Below are positions 51,707 to 61,559 of a stretch of DNA of 64,000 nt, piece by piece. The DNA is from Nitrososphaeraceae archaeon (GTDB taxonomy: Archaea > Thermoproteota > Nitrososphaeria > Nitrososphaerales > Nitrososphaeraceae). The notes under the pieces are model-generated. The model ran no database searches, was not told where the DNA came from, and saw only the letters and a program-made list of their open reading frames with translations. The position numbers and the translations under genes were made by a program. The stretch is from positions 15,602-79,601 of the forward strand of contig DATFEP010000076.1 in the NCBI GenBank assembly GCA_035250975.1, in the 5' to 3' direction. Position 1 is the first letter of the stretch. Every line of letters begins with the position of its first letter.

Positions 51707-53185
51707 TTACTGCTTAGATGTAATCGGAGGTATAATAAAATTAAAATTTGCACCTTTATTCTTATTGTTCTCTGCCCATATTTTTCCACCATGCTTTTCT
51801 ATAATATTTTTACAAATGTATAAGCCTAGGCCAGTTCCTGATTTTGAGCCTGTTACAAACTTCTTAAAGAGTTTATCCTTCATATTTGGTGGAATGCCTG
51901 GGCCATTATCTATAATTCTTACGATTACAGTGTTGTTGTCTTGTCTTTCTAATGATACAATTATTTCTCCTTCTTGTACAATATTCATAGCATTATTGAT
52001 AATGTTTAAAAAAACTTGGTTTAAACGCAATTTATCTGCAACTAGCAAAATTGAGTCTTCATTGCATTTTAAAACTAAGCTGATCTTTTCATCACATAAT
52101 TGGCTTTTTAGATCTTCTAGTAAATCTTTTACTGACTCTACAAGATCAAATTCTTCAATATTAAGAGTTAAAAGTTGACTGTCAATACGGGCAGCCTCTA
52201 AGATATTATCTGTAAGTAACTTAATTTTTTTAGCATTTTTTATAATGATTCTGAGTAAATCTTCTACATGACCAGGATCAGGGTTCTTGTTAGAAAGCAT
52301 AACTTCTGCTAGACCTAAAATAGACTGGATTGGATTTCTAATCTCGTGTGCTGTTTCTATTATAAATTGTATTTGTGTTTCATTTGTGTTTTTTAATTGT
52401 TCATGAAGATTTTCTGCCTTTTCATAAAGTTCTGACTGTTTCCATAGGTTCTCAAACATAGAAATATAATATAATACTGTTGATTTACTATTAGAGAAGG
52501 TTGAGAGTCCTAGCGATTCAGCAGGAGATACTGTATAATCGTTTACTAATTCTGCAGTCATAGAGACTTTTCTGTCTGCTATCAAAAATGTGACTGTTAA
52601 ATATAGTGCTTCTGGTAAATATCTAATACATATTCCTTTAGCCGTTAATCTATTGACTGCATCAACAATCTTTTTATCAAATGGAGTTAGAATTCTTAAT
52701 TTTATGTTACCTTTAGTAGTATCTTGTAATCTTTGCAAAGTAAGAAAACCATCTCCCAATACCATTCTCCTATAAAACCCATTTGCTGAAGAAAAAAGTA
52801 GTAATACTTCATCTTCTGCAGCTTGAACAAGATTAATAGCAATTCTTATTGTTTCTTCAGGGTTCTTGATTATTTTGAGACATGGTTTACTGGATTTATC
52901 ATTTTTTATTTCTTGAATTTCGTTTGAAGTGGGAATGGCTTTATCCCAGAAAGTATCGAAAACAAATTGTTTATATTCAATAAAATTTTTAATATTTTTG
53001 CCATAAAAGTTCTTCAATCTGTTGTAAATGCTATAACATTTCTGAGTATGAAAAAAGTATTTGGAACCATCTATTACTTCTTGAGTCATTTCCTCATCCT
53101 TTTCAGTATACAGGGGCTCTTTACACAAGGAACATTTTAATTCTGTTCCATTGCTGGAATTGGAGAAACCTCTATTTTCATTCAT
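51707..53185 (-). CDS. Cytoplasmic sensor histidine kinase with N-terminal TRASH/YHS-like domain
   Basis: H-box AHEIRNP, N-box NIINNA, DNGPGI and GTGLGL. N-terminal CSLC...YFFHTQKC. Confidence 0.92.
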   Translation of the reverse strand: MNENRGFSNSSNGTELKCSLCKEPLYTEKDEEMTQEVIDGSKYFFHTQKCYSIYNRLKNFYGKNIKNFIEYKQFVFDTFWDKAIPTSNEIQEIKNDKSSKPCLKIIKNPEETIRIAINLVQAAEDEVLLLFSSANGFYRRMVLGDGFLTLQRLQDTTKGNIKLRILTPFDKKIVDAVNRLTAKGICIRYLPEALYLTVTFLIADRKVSMTAELVNDYTVSPAESLGLSTFSNSKSTVLYYISMFENLWKQSELYEKAENLHEQLKNTNETQIQFIIETAHEIRNPIQSILGLAEVMLSNKNPDPGHVEDLLRIIIKNAKKIKLLTDNILEAARIDSQLLTLNIEEFDLVESVKDLLEDLKSQLCDEKISLVLKCNEDSILLVADKLRLNQVFLNIINNAMNIVQEGEIIVSLERQDNNTVIVRIIDNGPGIPPNMKDKLFKKFVTGSKSGTGLGLYICKNIIEKHGGKIWAENNKNKGANFNFIIPPITSKQ

Positions 53186-53718
53186 TTTTTTTATAGGCCT
53201 GCAGAATTATGGTAATATATAGATTCTATTGGTTTTAAACTCTTCTGAGATTCCGAATATTTACAAGAAGATTTAATTTCTTTAATAAGAAGGGTCACTT
53301 TATCAAATCTACCATAATACTAAAGGAGAGTAAAGAAAGTATGAAGGGAAAGTAATAACAAATTTTATATTAAAGATGTTAGAACAAATTTTTTTTCTAA
53401 ATAAAAGATGAGTTTAAGAAATAAAATCTTGATACAAAAAAGTGAATATTTAGAGCTAGCTTAAATTATCCTATTATGAATTCTAATACGATTTGTTAGT
53501 GGAACAATACTAAGGAATTCTATTTCCTGCTTTTTATATCTAGTAAATAATCTCATGAGTCTATCATGTCATTATGAATTTGTTCTTTCTAAAACAAATC
53601 TTATTGAAGGGTATGTATTAATAGCTTTTTTCTTTGTATTATGTTCTGTCAGTGTATATTTTTTTTTCTTATGCATTTTTTTTACAATTTTTGTTAAATT
53701 TTTGTATCAACATTATAC

Positions 53719-53809
53719 AGTAACTCATCCCACTTTATAGAAGGGTTCAAATACCACTAATTTAGCTTAAAAATAGTACTGAACTATTTGTATCTTTTCC
53801 TGGTGCCAT
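53719..53809. repeat. Dispersed repeat copy B (L-M part)
   Basis: agtaactcatcccactttatagaagggttcaaataccactaatttagcttaaaaatagtactgaac...ctggtgccat is colinear with 46698-46788. Confidence 0.75.
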
Positions 53810-53931
53810 TTATTAAATTAAATATTTTTAACAATTTTTAAAATGGTAAGTAACTATTTCTAATCATATTATAGATAATAGAACAAAAATTGGCTTCAAT
53901 TATATATAGAATGTTATTTACTATCAATATT

Positions 53932-54549
53932 ATGAAAAATCTTGTTCTTGGCTTGACGACAATTATGTCATTTACAGTCATATCTTTGATTTATACAACT
54001 GCTTTTGCACAATCGACTAATCAAACTTCAACATTACAATTACCGCAACAACAAAGTTCATTTTGTAAACTAACTAAATCTGATATGTTGGGTCCTTTCT
54101 ATAAGGATGGTGCGCCAATTAAACAAAGACTCGGTGAAGGAGTAGAAGGCCAACGACTAATAATAACAGGAAAGGTTATGGATATGAGATGTCAACCACT
54201 GAAAGATGTTATACTAGATGTCTGGCAAGCTAATTCAATTGGAGAATATGACAATGAAGGATTTACTCTTAGAGGCAAGGTTAAGACTAATAACGATGGG
54301 ACCTATGTTATAGATACTATAGTTCCTAAAGAATACGGTGCAGGAGATATAAAACGTCCAAGTCACGTACACTTAAAAGTCGGAGTTCCTAGTCAACCAA
54401 CGCTTACTACTCAATTATACTTTGAAGGAGATCCTTATCTTACTGACAGGGAAGATAAATCGTTGATAATGAAAGTTACAGATGAAAATGGAACCAAAAG
54501 AGCTAACTTTGATTTTGTAATTGAAAATTACAAACAATATGATAAATAA
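53932..54549 (+). CDS. Secreted intradiol ring-cleavage dioxygenase-like protein
   Basis: GPFY, DVWQANSIGEYD, LRG, Y, RPSHVH (Fe ligands Tyr, Tyr, His, His) and TTQLYF. Signal peptide AFA|Q from the ATG at 53932. Confidence 0.9.
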   Translation: MKNLVLGLTTIMSFTVISLIYTTAFAQSTNQTSTLQLPQQQSSFCKLTKSDMLGPFYKDGAPIKQRLGEGVEGQRLIITGKVMDMRCQPLKDVILDVWQANSIGEYDNEGFTLRGKVKTNNDGTYVIDTIVPKEYGAGDIKRPSHVHLKVGVPSQPTLTTQLYFEGDPYLTDREDKSLIMKVTDENGTKRANFDFVIENYKQYDK

Positions 54550-54582
54550 AAATTCAATAATATTATTGCCGGAACAACTTGA

Positions 54583-54766
54583 TATGTATAAGAATTTTGA
54601 AAATAATAATAAACAATCTGAATCAAAATTAGTTCAACATATAAAGGAAACATTATTTATTGAAAATGAATCAATAGATAAAATATCATCAAGAATAGTA
54701 CAAACACCAATACAAGAAGTAAAATAAAGACTAACCCAACATTTAGAAGAAACATATAAACAAAAA
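54583..54766 (+). pseudogene. Truncated ferritin-like (DUF892-type) gene fragment
   Basis: KLVQHIKETLFIENESIDKISSRIVQTPIQEVK*RLTQHLEETYKQ, with an in-frame TAA at 54725. The fragment is cut off at repeat copy C. Confidence 0.55.
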
Positions 54767-54897
54767 ATAGTACTGAACCAATTTGATATTAGCTGGTCCC
54801 ATGTTTAATATTTATAACATATTGATTAAGCAACATATTCAATTTGCCTATTTGGAAATACTGAATCTATTTGGGTAATGGGACTAAGCAGATATGA
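54764..54897. repeat. Dispersed repeat copy C (M-R part)
   Basis: aaaatagtactgaacc...gctggtcccat, and a 21-bp block aatgggactaagcagatatga (54877-54897) identical to 46853-46873. Confidence 0.75.
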
Positions 54898-54999
54898 ATC
54901 CTATTACACTAAGAATTTCACTTTCAAGTTAAAAAAAATACAACACAAACGTAATTAACATATATTTAAAATAAAATATATTATCAATAATATTGAGAT

Positions 55000-55317
55000 A
55001 TGAATTTAGAGTACATAAAACATAACAGAGTTAGACTCAAGGAAGGCTCACAAAAACAGGTTACTGGAATTTTTAAACAATTTTTTGGAGATATAAATGG
55101 AACTGTCAAAGGTTTGAAAGGATATGCAATTTTGGAAAATATAGAAAACGATAGAGAAACAATTGTTCTAACCTTTTGGGAGACTAGAGAAGATATGGAA
55201 AATTACTATTCTAAAGATAACAATATTTTATCTGATCTAGTGGAAAAAGTCAAGCCAATGTTTGAGCAAATGCCAGAAAGATCAGACTATAAAATAGTAT
55301 TATTTGAACTAAATTAA
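55000..55317 (+). CDS. Antibiotic-biosynthesis monooxygenase (ABM) family protein
   Basis: 'KGLKGY.IL...IVLTFWETREDME.Y' ABM pattern. Confidence 0.8.
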   Translation: MNLEYIKHNRVRLKEGSQKQVTGIFKQFFGDINGTVKGLKGYAILENIENDRETIVLTFWETREDMENYYSKDNNILSDLVEKVKPMFEQMPERSDYKIVLFELN

Positions 55318-55340
55318 CTTTTTCCATATCTATATTTAAT

Positions 55341-55885
55341 TTATACAGGAAAATTATTTGACGTCCATTTTCTTGCAACCAATACGACTTCTTGAATTAA
55401 ATTATGGCTTGATTGCTGCCATTTTAACATCACATTTGCATTAGCTTTTTGAAATAATCTAAAACGACTTTCTGTTTCAGTTCTAGAAACTGTAGGATCA
55501 TTTACACTTGAAGACAATAATATTTTTTTGTTTGAAAGATTGGGTAAATGATTAGGACTAAAGGGTATCATTGCTCTGAAAAGAATTGCACCTTGAAATA
55601 TATCTGGACGCAGAAGTAATATACTACTAGAAATATTAGCTCCATTTGAAAATCCTGCTGCTACAGTTCGTTTTAAACCAAATTTATAATGTAATGAACA
55701 GTTTTGGATAAAGTCTGCAAGATCATATGTTCTAAATTTAAGATCTTCAATATCAAAAACTCGGGATAATCTTCTAAAGAAACGAGGCAATACCATTTTC
55801 GAATAGTTTTATTAGAGGACTCTCTCCTATATTAGGTTCAATTTCCATTCCTAGAAATATAAGATCTTCATTTCCACCTGTTGCC
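55341..55885 (-). pseudogene. Alpha/beta hydrolase (carboxylesterase) with a decayed or truncated N-terminus
   Basis: GFSNGA, PRFFRRL, DP and H catalytic motifs. The upstream 'TGGNEDLIFLG...FENG' is out of frame and the start is missing. Confidence 0.7.
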
Positions 55886-56217
55886 TCCCCCGATAAACAA
55901 CTATCACACAAAGAAAAGAGACTTTACAAAAATTTCGATATTTTGACCAATAAAGAGCGGTCTGTATTTTTGAAATATTGTTCTTCTATTAAGGACAAAT
56001 ATTTTCATGCAACGACTAACTCTACTTCTGTTGCACATCGTGATTTATCTGTTCCAAGGATAAAAGACAAAATTTAAGGTTTCAATATATGCAAAAGAGG
56101 ATCCTGAAATTACAGTATATACTTTTTTAAATCCATGAATATATTCTAAGCAGTTGACTATAGATCTACACCAACTATTATCTCAATAGATTAATTAAAG
56201 TATAACGTAGTTGAACT

Positions 56218-57312
56218 ATGAGGAATACTCAAAAAATATGGATTTGGCTTATAGCTGGCATATTCTTTACATCAAATATCCCTTCGATGTTAGAACAAAC
56301 TTTTGCACAATCTTCTAATATTAATGGTGCAGGAGCAACTTTTCCATTCCCTTTAATAGATACGTGGAGAGTTGAATATCAAAATATCAAGCCTGATGTA
56401 AACATTAATTATCAATCTATCGGTAGTGGTGGAGGAGTAAAGCAATTTATTGAGAAAACAGTAGATTTTGGAGCTACCGATGCACCATTAAATGAAGAAG
56501 AGGAGAAAAAAGCTACAGGTGCTGTACATATTCCGGAAACTATTGGTTCCGTAGTACTTGCATATAATTTGCCACAGATAGGAGATGCTGAATTGAAACT
56601 AACTGGTCAGATTATTGCGGATATATTTATGGGAAAGATAACTAAATGGGACGATCCTAAAATAAAAGAAATTAATCCACAATTACAATTACCTTCAAAC
56701 GATATTACAAGCGTACATAGGTCGGATGGATCTGGAACTACATTTGTTTTTACAGATTATTTAGCAAATGTTAGCTCAGAATGGGAAGCAGATATCGGTA
56801 AAGGAAAATCAATTCAATGGCCTACTGGTATAGGAGCTCCAGGAAATGAAGGAGTTAGTGGATCCATAAAGAGTACTCCTAATTCAATTGGATATATTGA
56901 ATTAGCATATGCTCTAACTACAGAGACAAAATTTGCAAATATTCAAAATAAAGAAAATAACTTTATAAAGCCATCTCTTGATTCAACCGCCGCTGCAGTA
57001 TCTTCTTTTGCACCTGCTCTTCCAAGGGGAGATGGTTCATGGAAAGATATTTCGGTAGTGAATGCTCCAGGAAAAGATTCTTATCCAATTGCTAGTTTTT
57101 CATATCTACTGCTTTACAAGGATTTAGGTACAAATCCTTCTATAGACGAAACAAAAGCTAAAAATATCGTAGACTTTATATCGTGGGCAATTACAGACGG
57201 ACAGACTTTTGCAACAGATTTAGGATATGTTCCTTTACCAGACGAGGTTATCAAATTAAACCAGGAGACATTAAAATCCTTAACATATAAAGGAAATCCA
57301 ATAATAAAATAA
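56218..57312 (+). CDS. pstS: Phosphate ABC transporter substrate-binding protein
   Basis: GAGATFP.P, YQSIGSGGG, DFGATD, HRSDGSGTT, GNEGV and YPI. Confidence 0.97.
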   Translation: MRNTQKIWIWLIAGIFFTSNIPSMLEQTFAQSSNINGAGATFPFPLIDTWRVEYQNIKPDVNINYQSIGSGGGVKQFIEKTVDFGATDAPLNEEEEKKATGAVHIPETIGSVVLAYNLPQIGDAELKLTGQIIADIFMGKITKWDDPKIKEINPQLQLPSNDITSVHRSDGSGTTFVFTDYLANVSSEWEADIGKGKSIQWPTGIGAPGNEGVSGSIKSTPNSIGYIELAYALTTETKFANIQNKENNFIKPSLDSTAAAVSSFAPALPRGDGSWKDISVVNAPGKDSYPIASFSYLLLYKDLGTNPSIDETKAKNIVDFISWAITDGQTFATDLGYVPLPDEVIKLNQETLKSLTYKGNPIIK

Positions 57313-57649
57313 TTTTTTTTGATCTTATTTTATTAAATAGGATTTAAATTTTTTTTATCTTTTTAACGTTTATTGATTATATAAGATAAAAAAATAGATT
57401 AAAAATTTCAATAAATAAATCTTCCTGTAAAAAGATAATATTTACTATATACATTTTATTTACATTATCTTACTGTTTTCTAGTAATAATAAGCTCAAAA
57501 AAGAAACTCGCCCCTATCGAAATATAAAAGTATTCACAGATACAGCTTGGAAAAACTGTAATAATGTATGCTTCGAAAAATGAAACATCATAAATATTAT
57601 TATCGCTTTTAATTTATATCTCTCTAATATAACGATCTTTATTGTATAT

Positions 57650-58333
57650 TTGGAAAGATTAATAGACTCAGGATTAGAAAGTTTAACAAAAATAATAATG
57701 GATATGGCAGAACTGTCTGAAAAGTGTGTTCTTAATGCCATTGAACTGTACGAAAAAGGTATTGCCAAAAAAACACAAATTTTTGAATGGTCAGAGAAGC
57801 TTAGAGTATCTCAATCAAAAGCAAGTGATCTAGCAACAGAATTAATTATGAGATATCAGCCTGTTGCAACAGATCTAAGATATATACGATCATGTATGGA
57901 AATTGCTTATGGCTTTTCTAGATTTGGAAGATATGCTTATGATATTGTAGAAGTATTAGAAACAATGGGGTCATTCCAGAAATGTGACAAGTCTTTGGTC
58001 ATGAAGACTTCAGAGATAGCATGTGAAATGATAAGACTAAGTATAAATGCATTAAAAACCAGACAAAAAGATGCTGTTTCAAAATTATACAATATGGATA
58101 ATTCTGTGGATGCAATTTACCGAAACTATCTAACAAATTTAATTACGCTAAAAAGAGATTCTGGCAATTATCTTCTTAAAGATGATTCTAGCAATTATCT
58201 TCTTAAGGATCCACAATGCGCAATTTCTGCATTATTGATATTGCGTTATCTTGAGCGAATAGCAGATCATGCATGTTATATTGGAGATTCTATATGCTAC
58301 ATAGTAACGGGTCAATCTAGCCCAAGAAGATAA
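57650..58333 (+). CDS. phoU: Phosphate signalling protein PhoU
   Basis: YQPVATDLR, RFGRYA and LERIADHA..I. Confidence 0.9.
   Translation: MERLIDSGLESLTKIIMDMAELSEKCVLNAIELYEKGIAKKTQIFEWSEKLRVSQSKASDLATELIMRYQPVATDLRYIRSCMEIAYGFSRFGRYAYDIVEVLETMGSFQKCDKSLVMKTSEIACEMIRLSINALKTRQKDAVSKLYNMDNSVDAIYRNYLTNLITLKRDSGNYLLKDDSSNYLLKDPQCAISALLILRYLERIADHACYIGDSICYIVTGQSSPRR
58157..58210 (+). repeat. 27-bp in-frame tandem duplication in phoU
   Basis: gattctggcaattatcttcttaaagat / gattctagcaattatcttcttaaggat (DSGNYLLKD / DSSNYLLKD). Confidence 0.9.
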
Positions 58334-59111
58334 AATTTGCATATGACAAAAGCATTTCGATGGTAACCGATATTATTTATTTTCATGTATGATATAAATT
58401 ATTTTCAATTTCAATAATTCTTCCTTATTCATCACTTTTAGTAATTTCGTATTTAAAGTATTATTTTATAATTTTTAGAATCACGGAAAAAAAAGGTCAT
58501 AAAATATGAATTGATAATTGTTATTGTAAAAGATTTAATTGGTCAATTTATGGTTACCTTATATACAATAGTTTTTACGTCTTTCTTAATTTGCAACAGC
58601 TGTATGATATTGCTTGATTACACTATAACAAAATTAAAGTATAGGAATTATCATTATGCTAAAGGCAATGGTCCTTATTGGTATACAGAATAAATTAACT
58701 ACAATATTTAGAAGGTTATGCAATGTAGCACAAAAAATCTTTTCCTTGCTTGCTGTCTATATGGATATTATGTTATTTGATAATTTGTTAAATTTTTTTT
58801 TATAGTGAATAATCAATTGCAGGCGACCTAAATACTCCTACAATTGACCGTATCATCGGATATAAGAACCAATAGTCAATTCTTACCCATTTATTATAAA
58901 AATGCATATTCAGCTCTTTCAACTTAAGAGATTATCACTTCCTTTAGAACAGCAATATTTGTCTATATAAATATCTCATTTGCAAGAAAAAAATCCCATT
59001 CTAAATAGAGACAAATTTTCTTTAACTTAGTAGAACCTAATTTTTATTTTTATGAAATTTTATACCTACCATTTTATTAAAGTAATGCTAAAAATTTTAA
59101 AATAGTCTATC

Positions 59112-59948
59112 TTAACCAAATTTTCCTGAGATATATCGTTCTGTCAACTCTTCTTTTGGTTTTTCAAAAATTTGTTTTGTATCTCCGGATTCTACTAGTG
59201 ATCCAAGATACATAAATCCAGTATAATCGGACACTCTAGCTGCTTGTTGCATGTTGTGTGTTACTATTACTATGGTAAGATATTTCTTTAAATCATTGAC
59301 CAAAGTTTCGATTTTAGAAGATGCACCAGGATCCAATGCTGATGTAGGTTCATCCATGAGAAGAATTTCTGGATGCATAGCAAGCGCTCGAGCAATACAT
59401 AATCTTTGTTGTTGGCCTCCTGATAGACTCATTCCAGGCTTATTCAATTCATCTTTTACTTCGTTCCATAAGGCTGCTCCTTCTAAACTTTCCCTTACTA
59501 TTTCATTTATAATTTTTTTATCTTTAACACCATTTAATTTTAACCCTGATGCAACATTATCAAATATACTCATCGTTGGAAAGGGATTTGGCTTTTGAAA
59601 CACCATACCTATACGTCTCTTTATCATTACTGGATTCACTTTATGATCATAAATGTTTGTCTCATCTAAAAAAATTTCACCTTTAGCATACGCACCGGGA
59701 GTCATTTCATGCATTCGATTTAGGCATCTTAAAAGAGTTGTTTTACCACACCCGGAGGGACCTATAAAGGCTGTTACAGATTTTTTTTCTATGGTTAAAT
59801 TAATATCTTTGAGTACTTGTTTATTATAAAAACCAGCATCTAGCTTGTTTATAGCTAATTTGGACTGCGTATCAAGACTTTTCTTTTCACCAGTGTATAC
59901 ACTCGTAGTTTCATTCGCAGTTTCAGCATAAGTCATAAATTTGTACAA
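59112..59948 (-). CDS. pstB: Phosphate ABC transporter ATPase (alternative ATG start at 59936)
   Basis: [39 protein letters not shown] and YISGKFG. Confidence 0.97.
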   Translation of the reverse strand: MYKFMTYAETANETTSVYTGEKKSLDTQSKLAINKLDAGFYNKQVLKDINLTIEKKSVTAFIGPSGCGKTTLLRCLNRMHEMTPGAYAKGEIFLDETNIYDHKVNPVMIKRRIGMVFQKPNPFPTMSIFDNVASGLKLNGVKDKKIINEIVRESLEGAALWNEVKDELNKPGMSLSGGQQQRLCIARALAMHPEILLMDEPTSALDPGASSKIETLVNDLKKYLTIVIVTHNMQQAARVSDYTGFMYLGSLVESGDTKQIFEKPKEELTERYISGKFG

Positions 59949-59978
59949 TAGAGGTCGTCTCCACTAAATAAGATAAAT

Positions 59979-60005
59979 CTATAGAGTGAATATAGGTTTA
60001 TATAG
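59979..60005 (-). promoter_or_regulatory. CTATAT-N4-CTATAT-N5-CTATAG (candidate Pho-box)
   Basis: Three hexamers at 10-11 nt spacing upstream of pstB. Confidence 0.5.
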
Positions 60006-60363
60006 AATTATTTTAGCTCTGAAGAATATTATATACATCAATCCTCCTCGAGTTTATTTTTCACTTACAATTTTACAATTGATACTACAATCCTTTTTAT
60101 TTTCACATATAATCTGTTTATCTATTTATGAAATTTAGTTATAATAACGTTTTTGATATTAGGATTATTTTTCTTATCGTTTGACTATCGATTATTTAGA
60201 AAATCTTAAAATTAGTATATTTATATGACACTTATTCTAAAGCAATCAAAACAATGAATAACAATCAATATGCTGCATATAATATATCATAATCTATATG
60301 TGACTCATATTTAAAATATGTAATTTATTATGTTGATAATTGATGTATCATAATTGTTCTACT

Positions 60364-61458
60364 TCATTTCTTATAGTCAAAAGGTCTTTTTTCAACCTTT
60401 TCGATATGAATTACTTCGCCTATAGTTTGATTTAAGGCTTCTTCTGCTATATCACTTGAATATTCTGCAGTACGTCTTAGATGTTCAAGTATAAGTTTTA
60501 TAAAAATTTTATACTGGTTAAAAACTCCGTGATCAGTATTAACTAATAAAGACACAATAGTATTTTCAAGAATTTGTACATTTTCTTTTCTATCTACTAT
60601 TTTATCCGCCATTAAATAATCTCTTCTTAAAAATGCTTCAACTGAATCGTTAAGATCTTGCAAAGACAAATCACTCATTTTTTTTATTCCATCTAGAATA
60701 TCATTAGGAATTTTTTCCTTAATTGAAAGGGTCATTTCTGCAAATTTACAAGCATGATCGGCAATTCTTTCAATACTTTTCACCGCTTGTCTATAACTTA
60801 AACAATCAGAAGTTTTTTTTAATCCGACATCATTTAATATTCGTTCATTTTTTGTTGCAATAACAAGATTTCTTAAGATATAAAGACTGAAACGATCAAC
60901 TTCGTCATCAGATTTAACAACAGAATTGGCCAATTCAGAATTTAATTCATTTAATGATATCATTGCATCATGGTGCATTGAATTAGCAAGAAGAAACATC
61001 CTTCTAACAGCGCTATTTATTGAAAGTTCAGGAAGTGTAAGCAAAACTTGAATTGTAATTAAATCAGATGAATCAGCAATTATTTCTGTACCTATCAAAC
61101 TTCTCCGAACAATGTCTTGGGCAGCTTCGCGCTGATGAGGACTAATTTTTTCTGATTTAGACTTAAGATTTATTATATTATATCCAGCAAGATACATTGA
61201 AACTATCTTACGTTTGATGGAGTTAGCTTTTTCATCTTTTAATATTTGTGCAGTACCTTCATCGACTGATTCTTTTGATGCTCTAGTAATATCAGATATT
61301 ATAGATAAAGTATTGTCCGTTTCGCGAATAATCGTTACAGGGTCCCTTGGCTTTAAATTTAATTCATTTACCCATTTTTTAGGCAATGATAATACATATG
61401 TTGATTTACCAGTAAACTGTATTTTCCTTATTTCACTACTATCCATATATACTGTCAA
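60364..61458 (-). CDS. phoU: Archaeal phosphate uptake regulator (AbrB domain plus two PhoU domains; alternative ATG at 61446)
   Basis: RKIQFTGKSTYVLSLPKKW (AbrB), DDEVDRF, ERIADHA and RRTAEY. Confidence 0.92.
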   Translation of the reverse strand: MTVYMDSSEIRKIQFTGKSTYVLSLPKKWVNELNLKPRDPVTIIRETDNTLSIISDITRASKESVDEGTAQILKDEKANSIKRKIVSMYLAGYNIINLKSKSEKISPHQREAAQDIVRRSLIGTEIIADSSDLITIQVLLTLPELSINSAVRRMFLLANSMHHDAMISLNELNSELANSVVKSDDEVDRFSLYILRNLVIATKNERILNDVGLKKTSDCLSYRQAVKSIERIADHACKFAEMTLSIKEKIPNDILDGIKKMSDLSLQDLNDSVEAFLRRDYLMADKIVDRKENVQILENTIVSLLVNTDHGVFNQYKIFIKLILEHLRRTAEYSSDIAEEALNQTIGEVIHIEKVEKRPFDYKK

Positions 61459-61522
61459 TAGTTATTCTAACATGATAATACATGTATACTTTGTGACTAG
61501 TTACGATATAGATATTTTATTT

Positions 61523-61539
61523 CTATAGGGAGTATATAG
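61523..61539 (-). promoter_or_regulatory. CTATAT-N5-CTATAG (candidate Pho-box)
   Basis: + strand ctatag-ggagt-atatag, between pstA and abrB-phoU. Confidence 0.5.
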
Positions 61540-61559
61540 ATAATCAACTGTTATAACTT

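Noticed and set aside
46698-54897. Repeats as a CRISPR array
   Set aside because: Only three degenerate copies, kilobases apart, with no regular spacers and no cas genes.
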